DNA of 64,000 nt from Bispira polyomma (Eukaryota). This document shows, one piece after another, positions 14,401 through 26,200 of this stretch. The stretch's first letter is position 1. Each line of letters opens with the position of its first letter. The stretch covers positions 12,214,001-12,278,000 of the forward strand of contig OZ287757.1 of assembly GCA_965649765.1 (NCBI GenBank), written 5' to 3'. Below the pieces are notes generated by a model. That model searched no databases, was not told the DNA's origin, and saw nothing but the letters and a program-made list of their open reading frames with translations. The translations under genes and the position numbers were made by a program.

Positions 14401-17208
14401 CAGTAAGGAATCTAAAATTTGCCACTGTATCTGAAATTCAACACCCTTAAAATTTAAGACGAATCAATAAAAAAAATGGGCAAAAAAACCAACAAACTAG
14501 AATTTAGGTAAGGGAGGGCAAAATAGTCACAAAAATCTAAATTTTTAGCAAATATTACCCACAATTCTACCAAAAACACATTTTCTTGGTGGCGAATTTT
14601 AAATACAGTGGTGTATTTTATATTCCTTACACTATATATATAACATGTAGGAAGCAAATGTGCAATTTTATTAAAAAGAATAATACACAAACGCTGCACA
14701 TTATTATATATATGAATAGAATTTTATATCTGATGTACAAAAAAGTAATAATATATACAGTTTCTTGCTGAGAAAACATTGCAATAACTTGAGGAAAACA
14801 AAATGTCAGGACATTCTTATCATATTTATCTATATTTTGGATATGTTAATTTAAATACCAGAGTTGACGCAGTTAACATACTAACCCTTTTCGAAAAACT
14901 AGCGTCTCTATTTAAGCAGGATTTCTATTTAACAGGGCCTGTTTTTCATACGAGTATAGATTTTTAACTTAACAGAATTCCACTTACAGGGGGTTTGACT
15001 ATACAGTGCAGTGTAACTGACTCTCAGATGCAGATCTACTGTAAGAAGGTTGATTACAACCAAAAATATAAGTTATTTTTTTAAATGTTTGCGAATTTTT
15101 TGAAACTTTTTTAACCGTTTCAAAAAACCCCTAAAATATATTGCAATGTTCTCTATTCCAATCGAAGCACAGACACACACAAGACCAACCTTATTGCCCT
15201 TATCCCCCGGCAAACCGCGTGGCCCGATCTGTGAGCCTCCCTTTCCTTCGAGGCCACCATTAGAGGGCGCCCCAGGCTTTCCCGGGGGTCCCGGGTAACC
15301 GGGCACACCCTTCTCCCCCTCCACACAGATGCCCATCTCACCCTTGCCACCCTTTGGCCCAATGGCACCTCTGGCCCCCTGATATGGACAGGAGTAAACA
15401 AAAAGAAAGCGGCCGTGCGGTGTGAGATGATATACGAAAGAAAATAAAGTGTAAATATATACAGAGGAGGCAAAAGGAGACCGGTTGTTGTCATATGTGC
15501 GATCCACTGTATAGTGATGGGAAACAACAGCCAAACTGCATCATGTGTGATAACTGTAGAATATTTTTAAAACATAAATTAAGAGTAAATAAAATATAGT
15601 ATATATATATAGGTGTGTAATGCAGATAAACAAGGGTATTTTTAGCACTTGAGCTATTGATTGTTTACTAGTTTAGAACGCTAAAAATTAAAAAGAAAAT
15701 TCTGGACGAAATTCGGTTTATTTCAGTTCCCAGCTTTAAATGTCTGGTGTACATGTGCCATAACAGTAAACAGAATATGAATCCCCGCAAAAATGTCTGA
15801 TGCACCAATACAGTAAACTAGTGTATAATATTAATACTACTATGATGTGGATACAGTGAAATTACAAGGATTTCAAGGTTTACACGCAATTTTGTACCAT
15901 GATAATTCTTCTCTTAATTGTATATTCATTCGGTCAATCGGTTCTTGCTTTTGATTTCCAATAGACAGTCTTGCGAAGTTTGATATTATGGATTGCTCGA
16001 GTACTAAAATTTTTGTTGTAATTATTTGTCAAAGACCTAGAAAAAAAGAGCAATACCAACTTTATATACATAGTAATACATATAATATATATATATATAT
16101 ATATAAATATGCAATCAAATATTATATATAATAAAATAGTATCAATTCATAATTATAATGAATCTGTAAATATTGGAAAACATTAAGCAATAGCGAAGTG
16201 GATAAAGTACATAAAAGAATATATATAATATATAAAAATGATAATTATTATTATGAATGAATCTGCAAAATAAATTACATATTAATAGACGTGTAATATA
16301 ATAATATACAAGTTGATATAATTATTGTAAACATTTAAAATACAAATGTACATGTATATACAAAAAATCACATATGGTACTGTAAAAATCAGCAATATAT
16401 ATAGTGATTCTTTACCAGTTCACGCCCGAGACTAGTTAAAGGATCGTATCAAAATTATTGGTTTACAAAATAGAGCGCAAGCACACACCATTTTGATGAG
16501 AGAAAATCATTTGTAATATTGTCATGTATAAAAACATATACTATAATGCGAGTGCCTGAAATAAATAGCCCTACAGAGAATTCTGGACTATAGTTCAATC
16601 TGGTCCAAGGGGCGTGAATTAGTACAGTACCACCTGTAGCAGTCAAATGTTCATTTAATCTATATATTCCTGTAATATTCTATATACATCTGAGCCCCGT
16701 CCAATCCTCTACCTTGTGGCCCTTCCATCCTCTGCGTAGATCAGCACTGGCACAGTTGCCCGTGGTTTCCCCCAGGTTCCCCACGGGACCTGGTGGTCCC
16801 GGTAGCCCACGGTGACCCTTTCGACCCTCCACACAGATCCCTGTTGTACCACGGTCCCCTTTACGGCCCAGACCTCCATCAGCACCCTGTTAGTAACCAT
16901 GGTAACAGGGGACATGTACTTTGTGTGTGTGTCAAATCTTCTATATTACTGTATTTATTACTGAATATATGTTGTCCTGTCCTAGAACTATTGCACAGGT
17001 TTTGGAGAGATCCATAAAGCCTTGATATTAACATATAGTTAAACCCCTTCAAGTTGAACTTTGACGGACCAGGAATAATACCTCTACTTAAGCAGGATTT
17101 CCACTTAGCAGAGTAGATTTAAAATGGAAAAGGCCTTTACTGGACTAAAAATCTGCCTCTAGTTTAAAGAGAAAATGACTTAACAGAGTTCTACTTAAAG
17201 GGGTTCGA

Positions 17209-17255
<47 letters not shown>

Positions 17256-20200
17256 GTCAAACGCCCCCTTTAGGTAGAACTTAGACAAGTAGAATTGCCT
17301 GTGAAATTTCTGATTAAAATTTATGCTGTTAAGTAAAATTTCTGTTAAGTAGAACATATTTTTATGGTCCCTTCAGATTCCACTTAACAGGGGAGGTTTT
17401 ACTGTGTATATTTATAGTAGATTCTCTGTAACTAAAAGCAGTATTAGTCCAATTTCTCCATAGTAGACTAGCACTACTTTGCTGGTCTCAAGAAGTGATC
17501 GAAAGAAATGCGAGTGCCTGAGTGTGCACATAGTCAGCCTCCTTATGGCTGGAAAAGAAATGTGAAGAAAATAAACAGCATGAGACATGTGTTAAAACAA
17601 ATATCAACCCTGACACAAACTTGCAACCTTTAAAGCAAGGATATGCATATAAATAACTAGTTCAAAAAGAGGATTTAACCAGGATTCAACATCATTGCAC
17701 GGTAGTACAAATAGGGGTTTAAGCTTTCAGAAAACAGAGCACCAAGAAAATCAAAGAGAAACATTCTCTTGTATCAACGTGTGTTGTGTTAGGCTGACAA
17801 CCAGAAATTACTAGTACTTTGAGTAGTAATACACTGAATTAGAACAGGGAATCAAAATTTGACCACTTTTTCTTTTGAAAAATATACACTGATTTGCTGA
17901 CTTTAAGCCTAATATAATTTCAAAGTAGTAAAGATGAACTTGAGAAATCGCTAAAAGTCGAATTATAAAGTAGTTAATATTTAATGGGTTTAACGTTTAA
18001 TTCGAATGCCGAATAATCTAATTCCCTTTTAGCCTTACTGTTAAGTACAAGCATACTCAGCTGTTTTTGTCTGTGAAAAAAAAAAAGAGTTATTAATCAA
18101 CCACACACATTGATTGCAATATTAGCACACTAATATTCAACTAGTATTCATCTTTTCAGTAGATTAAAAATCTACTCCGGGATTTACACATGGGAAAATC
18201 AATATTCTGGCATAATTCCAAGGCTAAATTGTGTGCATTTTAATCAGGCTCAATTTAGTATCTAATAAACATCTAATCTTGTCTGTGGCGTGCTTCTGTT
18301 AACGGGAAGCTTAACATTATATAGACTGCAAACTTGTTAACACGTTTTTGTCCCCTCGGCTGAAAAAACAAAATGCTTTGAAATAAATATGACCTGTAAC
18401 TCGAACAAAATAACAAAACAAGTTTACACCAATATGTAGACACATACTTTGTTTACATGTTAGGACAGTTATCCTGACGTTAGGACAACAAAACTGAAGA
18501 CGACTCGCTATATCTGCTCAGCATGTGTTATAATAATTCATAGAATTACAGTAAACTCTCCCACAAAAATCCCTAAAGAAACACTAAACCTCGACTTTTG
18601 TTGCAAAATTTCAAGATATTTTCTGGGAGATAAACGGTCTCAGTCGTTCCTATATGTTTGTACCATACTTTTAAACAAATCAGACTCATGGACATAAGAT
18701 TGTCATAGTACTTTTGAACCAATCAGATGGATGGACACAAGCTTGTCATGTTAAGAATAATACAAGTCACTGGAGGAACTATTTTATTTGGGAGTCAAAA
18801 ATTTAAAAACATTCCGCAGGAAAATGATCTTGGCTGTTTCGATATGCTGGTCCAACATTATACCATAGTTTTGATTTTAAACCAATCAGAATATAAAAGA
18901 CAAGCTTTGATTATAACCCAATCAGAATGTAGAACACAAGCTTTGATTTTAAACTAATCAGAATAGAGAAAAACTTGCCATATGTTGGAATATTTTTTAA
19001 CTTTTTATCAATATAACATCGCCAACAAAAAGAGGGCGAAATAATTCCCATTCTGTTTTTAGCGCGACTTTCAAGTTCTGGAAGACATGATTCATTTTTG
19101 CCAGTTTCCATGGTAACTAAATCCTAACGTAAAATGGCCAGCAGATGTAGGAGTGACGTACTGAGACGGTACACGATTTGTTATAAAAGTCAACAAACAA
19201 AAACAGCCATATACAACAAAGCCAGAATTCAATAATTACTCACTCATATCAACAATATAAACTTAGGATTTTTTTTCTGGGCCATATTTCATCAAGGGGC
19301 CTTTAAACTAAGAGAAAAAGATTACTGAATTAAAAAAAAAAACAACATCATCTATAACGGCAAATGTCATGAATTTAAAAAAAAACAGCATCATCTATAA
19401 CCGCAAATGTCATAAAAAAGATTCCATGACACTTTAAAACATGTGTAATTATTTAAATCTGGCCACCAATTGTAGCTTAGCATTTTGTACAGCTCTACTC
19501 GCTAAAATAGTTCCAAAGAAAAAGAAAGTTATGTACACATTAACACGGTGCTCAGTTTCCGTTCAGCCTTAAACTGTGTCTATTTTTTTTTGCTAATGTC
19601 AAACCAAAAACTTTTTATTAATTAAAAGTTAATAAATAAAACCACCAAAGAGAAGCAGTCTAGCTACTCCCAAGCAACAGCCAGTCAAACAAGACAGGAA
19701 TTAATAGGCAGCAAAGCCAGGTACTTTGATTTTCCTATTGCATTCCGTGCCATGATGAAGAAAAACACAAACTAGAATTGCGCCAACTTGACACATGCAT
19801 ATATCCCCCCCCCCCCGCCCCTCATAGACTAGCTAGATACTATACCCAGGGAGGCCACAGAAATGTGAAAACAAAAAACACCAACAAATTCCCTGTATAT
19901 TATTCCCCACTGTTAAGAACCACCCTCATAAGCTACCACCCCTACCCCTCCCTTAAATATAACTTATAACTGACACAAATTTTTTTATTTAAGTTCATGC
20001 CAATCTTAAAATGCCTTGTATTCTTTCCTGAATTTAATGCAGGGATTAAAGAAAAGGTTTCAGCCATTTTTCCTTCCCGATGTGGTGTTTTTTTTCACCC
20101 CTTATGTCTGTGACCACCCTGTGAGACAAACTTGTATATTGTGAGGTGGGGGAAATGTTTTAAACTGCCACCTGCCAGCAAGCATATTGCTTGCAAGTTG

Positions 20201-23200
20201 TAGTTGCCAGCCCATCTTGCTTGTAAATTAAGATAAATATTTAAACACAAGACGTTAGATTTTTCAAAAAAAATGTCTGTTTCGAAATGCCTGATTTACA
20301 ATTTCCTTTTGGTCTCCCTACTGTAGATAGTAGTCACACATATAGTTTCATCTATGGATATCAGTATAGAATATTGATCTTTTGAAGACTACTGGACAGG
20401 GAACTTTCGGCTTGTAACTTCTAAGAGTTACCAGCCCACTGGGCATGCAAGTTTTAGTGGTAGTTTCAAACACTGGGTAGGGGGGGGGGGGGGGGTGGCA
20501 TAACCAGCATACAGGCACGTGTCACAATCCTTTCACCTTTTCCCCCTTCATGCCATGTTGGCCCTGGGGCCCGAGAATGGTGGTATTGACGCCCACTGGC
20601 GCCCACTGGGTGCCATTGTAGCCGAGGCCTGGGACGCCAGGCACACCCCGCGGGCCCTTCTCACCCTTCACACAGCTACCCATGGTACCCTTCTGGCCTC
20701 GGGGTCCAATGGCGCCGGGGCCGCCCTAAGAAACAACCTCTCTGATTGTAACCACGTACAAACGGTGGTTATTTGTATGTAACCACAAACCCTTTCCTAC
20801 TAGTTAGGTAAGAAATAACCTCAGTGATCTTATATATAACCATGCAAAAAAACTGTGGTTATTTATATAACCACAAACATTTCCCTCCCACCTGGGGGAA
20901 AACCTCAACTCAATAACCATGCAGTGGTTTTATCACCTAAATGAGACCAAACCAAGATGACATGTGTTTGTAGAAGTTTAATTTGGTGTTTAAAACAATA
21001 TACAATTGACAAGTACATCTGAAAGAGTCAATAGACATATATATGTGTCATTATCTATATCATACAATAATATTTGCACTGGCTGGAAGTTTGAATCATG
21101 TGTTTCTTTTCAAATGCAATTCATGGAATGTATGTCGCTGAAAAAAAAAAAAAAAAAAAAATATATATAATTGAACAATAACCGTGACACAAGAGATACA
21201 AAATGTCTTCAATTTGTACTGCTTCCATGTTCAGGTCTTCAGTAAAAGGTGATGTCTTGTTGAACCATATTTTCTAGCTGACCTTTAATATGATCTCTCT
21301 CTCTGTCCAGACAGATCCAAGAGATATGGGTGACTCAATTAGAATACCGGCTAAATCCCGATTTTATCAATATTTATACTACTACTACTCCATCTTAGAT
21401 ATATATAGAGCTATAAAGAACTACATTACTCTGGATAGAAGATAAAAAAAAATTGTTTCTCACAAGTGTCAAGGTCAGACTATTCTATTTATAACACGAC
21501 AGCATTTTAATCATATTTATCGTGTCTATCGTGTCTTGATTTAGTAATATAGACTCTACTTCTTAAAGTGACACCAAAAATATACTTTAATACTACTTAT
21601 TTATCTAATGGTATGTCAAATTTGAAAATGGGGAAAATTTGTAGGTCATAACAATTTTATTGTAAGAAAAACTTCTAATGCAACATCATTTTTTTGCTTT
21701 TTAAATTATGATGAGAATATAACAGTATTTTGACTACTCAAATGACTACAAAGGCATAGATTATTATGACCCCATTATTACACACATACAGTATACCCAC
21801 ACATACATATTACACACATACAGTTTAATATGTAAAAGGACATGCCTTTTTGTAGAAAGTTATGGAAACGTATATTGGATCTTTAATAAGGGTCCTTTTA
21901 TAAAAGATTTATATAACAGCAAATACCCTACGAGTTCAATATTGATGTAGATCTTTTAAAATAAACTAATGGCTTTTTACAAAAAGATATGGAAACTGAT
22001 ATTGGATTTTCATTTGGGGCTCCCTTCGATAAAATATTGATGAAATAGCAAATGGTGTTCAATGTTGATGTAGAGCTTTTAAAAGCAAGTCTTTAGCATA
22101 CCTCAAATACTCTATGATATTATAGACAGTTAGTAGTTTTGGAAGAGATTTTAAAATCCCACATACAATAATAATATCACTCCTATATGTAAACATCAAG
22201 ATGTAGTGACGCCTGTTGAATTTCCTTTTTCAAACTATAGATTCTATACCTCAAATCTCAAAATGAAATATTTATATATCCTATGACTAATTTGAGTTGT
22301 TTGGTGTGAAATCTTGTACAAAAACTGCACAAGATAAAATGTTATACCACTGAGGAACTTGGATACCTATTTATACCGACTATTTTTGTGTCCTTAATGG
22401 AACTAGCAGTGATTATGATTATGTGGCAACTATTTTAAGAGCAGAGAACTAAAAACTGGACATTATTAATATGTGGGTGATCCTACCCACCAATATATTC
22501 ATCTGTAAAGATATTGTGACATATTTACACTTACATATCACTATAATTGTGAAAAATACAGCAGTATTTCTTATTTGGGTGTTATTCAGTATTATAAGTT
22601 CTCAATGGAATTAATATCAATGTCAACTTTGCAATATGAAATGCTAATAGAAAAAAATGTTTAGTTTAAATGAAATAATTTAAGGAAAAATAATACATAC
22701 ACATATATTTATGAACTTTGTAGAATGACATATTATAGACATATTTATCCTGATACAAAAAAAAAGGTTTTATTCATTTTCCTGAAAGAATTTTAAAACA
22801 TTATGATAGCAATAAATATATCACATTACAATTAGTTAGACAGCTATATATCTAGTTAAGAATAAAACAAATTATCACTTATAATAATTTAATTGTAGGA
22901 GAAAATTGAAAAAAGTTTTTATAGTGAATAATATTACATTTAATGGAAATATCTGTTTACCAAACAAAAGTTTACTTAAAAATAGTTACCAGACATTTAA
23001 TATGATTGTACCTTTGACTACTTGGTTACATGTGCGTTACCAAATACAAATTAAGAATGTGCTTGACAGCACAATTGTTTACATTGAGATGTCTTAATCA
23101 GAAAATGTTGTTTACAAAAATCTAATTTTATTTCCTTAAACTAAGTACTATTTTAATATTAGATAAAAGAAAACTTGTCGAGGCTTTGATTAAAACTTTC

Positions 23201-26200
23201 CACACTTACTGGTAAACCTGGTATGCCGGAATCCCCTTTGTACCCAATTGGTCCATCTTGTCCTGGGATGCCCTAGGGTATTAAAACACATAGCAACAAA
23301 CATTGATTATTTTCACAGAAGAAAATGATATATTGTTTTTAGATATATATAAAGTACCATAGCAACAATAATGTGTAATCTAAAAAGTAGTCACTTCTGA
23401 ACAACTTCAAATCCATTGATATCTGTTTTGAAGTAGGTTGATTTTCAATTTCAGATATATCCTAAATCAGCATGCCTTGAATAAGGTATTGTATTCCAAG
23501 TGTACTCACTTTCAGTTGAACGTTATGAAATTTACTTCTCTAATACCTTCTTATTTACCATTTATTAATTGGCAGAAATTACTGACTAGTAGATATCACA
23601 ATCTATCAATACCCTAACTTCTATTTTCAAAAGATTCACCTGTCCCAATTCAATTTTAACGGTTATAAACATGACATGTTAAAATGATATCAACTAAATT
23701 TTTCAATTGGAAAAAAACCCACCCAATTTTCCTTAAGGAACAACAGTAGAACCTCTATTATCTGAACATGTTGGGAGAGCAGGATGTTGTTTGGATAAAT
23801 CGGAGGGTTCACAAAATAGAAGAATATCGGAGGATGGAATTGAGTTCATAAAAATTAAACATTCGGATGACAGACGTTTGGATAATCGAGGTTTGTACTG
23901 TATTTAACTGAGCATAAATATAAATCAGGGGCGGTATTTACATAACGGTCTTAGTTCTAACTTAGTCTTAACCCCCCCCCTCCTCCCCCCCCCTCCCCCG
24001 CCATTATGAGAATTGTGTGTAACTTACCTGTATTCCTGGGAATCCGTCTCTTCCTGCCTCACCCTTATGACCTTTGACCCCTGCGCGACCTTCAGCCGCC
24101 TCCCCCTTCTGCCCCTTGAAGCCGTCCAGACCTGGGTTACCTGGGGGGCCTTCGGGGCCGGGAATACCTGGCAGACCGGGCTCACCCTGGGGAAAACAGG
24201 GAAAAACAAATAATTAGGGATTGCCTGGCAGACAAGGCTCACCCTGGCGGAAAACAGAGAAAAACAAATAATTAGGGATTGCCTGATAGTTTATGCCTCC
24301 AGAGGGAGCCGAGACTGAACAATTGGTTGACAAGTGGAAGAACCCAGGCTGGGGGTGTAAACTGTAAAGTCAACTAAGACCTTAATATAGGTGATATCAA
24401 ACTATTTACCTTCTGCACACAGTTACATTGCATTGGAATCAGATATTGAAAAATCTACATTCAAGAGGCAAAAATCTGTTGCATAAGAGGCGATATCAGC
24501 CTATAAACCTACACACATTTTTGAAGCCCTTCTTGCATCTTAAGTGATATATGAGGGCATTTTGGATTTATTTTAGACAGTAAAAGGCAACCACCCATTG
24601 ATCTACAGCCTGCTGGATATTCATAGTGAGCTCATACACGATAGGTATTAGTGAGGGGGATAGAAATACGAAGGGCTTGGAGCAGGTCTAGGCCTTATAC
24701 TGCTATGTGTAATGGGAAACAAATACATTATATGTCTGTATTTGAGAATTAACCGGTGGCCGTATTCACTAAGAGACTGAGCGAAGACTTAGGCTTAAAT
24801 CTAACACAAAAGTATACTAGATTTAAGCCTAAGACTTGGCTACATCTGTTAGTGAATTACGGGCCCTGGTAAACTGTATAAAGAGGAAAATACATTGTTT
24901 CTACTATTTTCTATTGTGAGGCACTGAAAAATATATAAAATAATATTTTTGGGGGGTGTCGACTGCTTGCTAACGGACATAGGGTTCTAGGAGTAACAAA
25001 TACCATCGACTACTAAGCTGACAACCTAGTGGTTGAAAGGTTGAAGAAGAACTTGCTCAACTTTAACAAAGGTCTACATTCGTCAAAAGGATGAAGAAAA
25101 ACTTGATCGGAATTAACAAAGGTCTACATTCGTCGAAAAGGTGAAGAAGAACTTGATCGGAATTAACAAAGGTCTACATTTGTCGAAAGGGTGAAGAAGA
25201 ACTTGATCGGAATTAACAGAGGTCTACACTCTAAAGAGGTTTATGGTCGACTACACAACACTACAGGGGACGACATGTCACAGCACAACAGTACTATGTA
25301 CATAAAACACGTCTTGGAACAACAGTACTTTATCCATATAATGTCGTGTAGTCGGCGGTCTATACAGTTCTTTAGTGGGTTTCATTATAACTTACTGATG
25401 TTCCGTTACAGCCATCTAGACCTCTATCTCCACGTGGGCCGGGGTTGCCTTGGTAACCCTAGAAAACAAAAAATTACCATTAGAAACCAGAATCACAGTT
25501 ACCATTAGAAACCAGAATTACAGTTACCATTAGAAACCAGAATCACAGTTACCATTAAAAACCAGAATCACTGTTACCACTAGAAACCACAATCACAGTT
25601 ACCATTAGAAACCAGAATCAGAAATACCATTAGAAACCAGAATCACAGATAACATTAGGAACCAGAATCACAGTTACCAGTAGAAACCAGAATCACAGTT
25701 ACCTGTAGAAACTTTTACTTAAGTACCAAAATATATATAGAGGGAGTTGGCTTGGTAATTTGTGTAAATAGTTTAATCTTGATTTCCTGATTAAAGTAAT
25801 GAGCAGTATAATAATTTCATAAACTAATCCTACAAGAATTATGTACTGACTCAATATCTGAAAATAAAAATAACAATAATGAGTCATTTCCTGCAGAGAC
25901 AGATGTCATTTTCGTTTAGAAGTCTATAAAACCAAATGATAATAAGTTATTACTTATACTTAAGACAACACCCACAATGTCTGGAACTAAAACATAAGAG
26001 AAAGACTATCTTCCTATTTTTAACCACAAAATCCAACCCAACCTTTACGAGATTACAGTGGGGAGACAACGCTTTGTATGATGATAGTACTACATCTATA
26101 TAGGACAGACTCGGTTGATTTCACCATTGTTAATTTGACAAAAGACAAGTAGGAATGAATATATTTTCTGGGTTTTTTTTCTTCTTTTATTTCCCCACAA

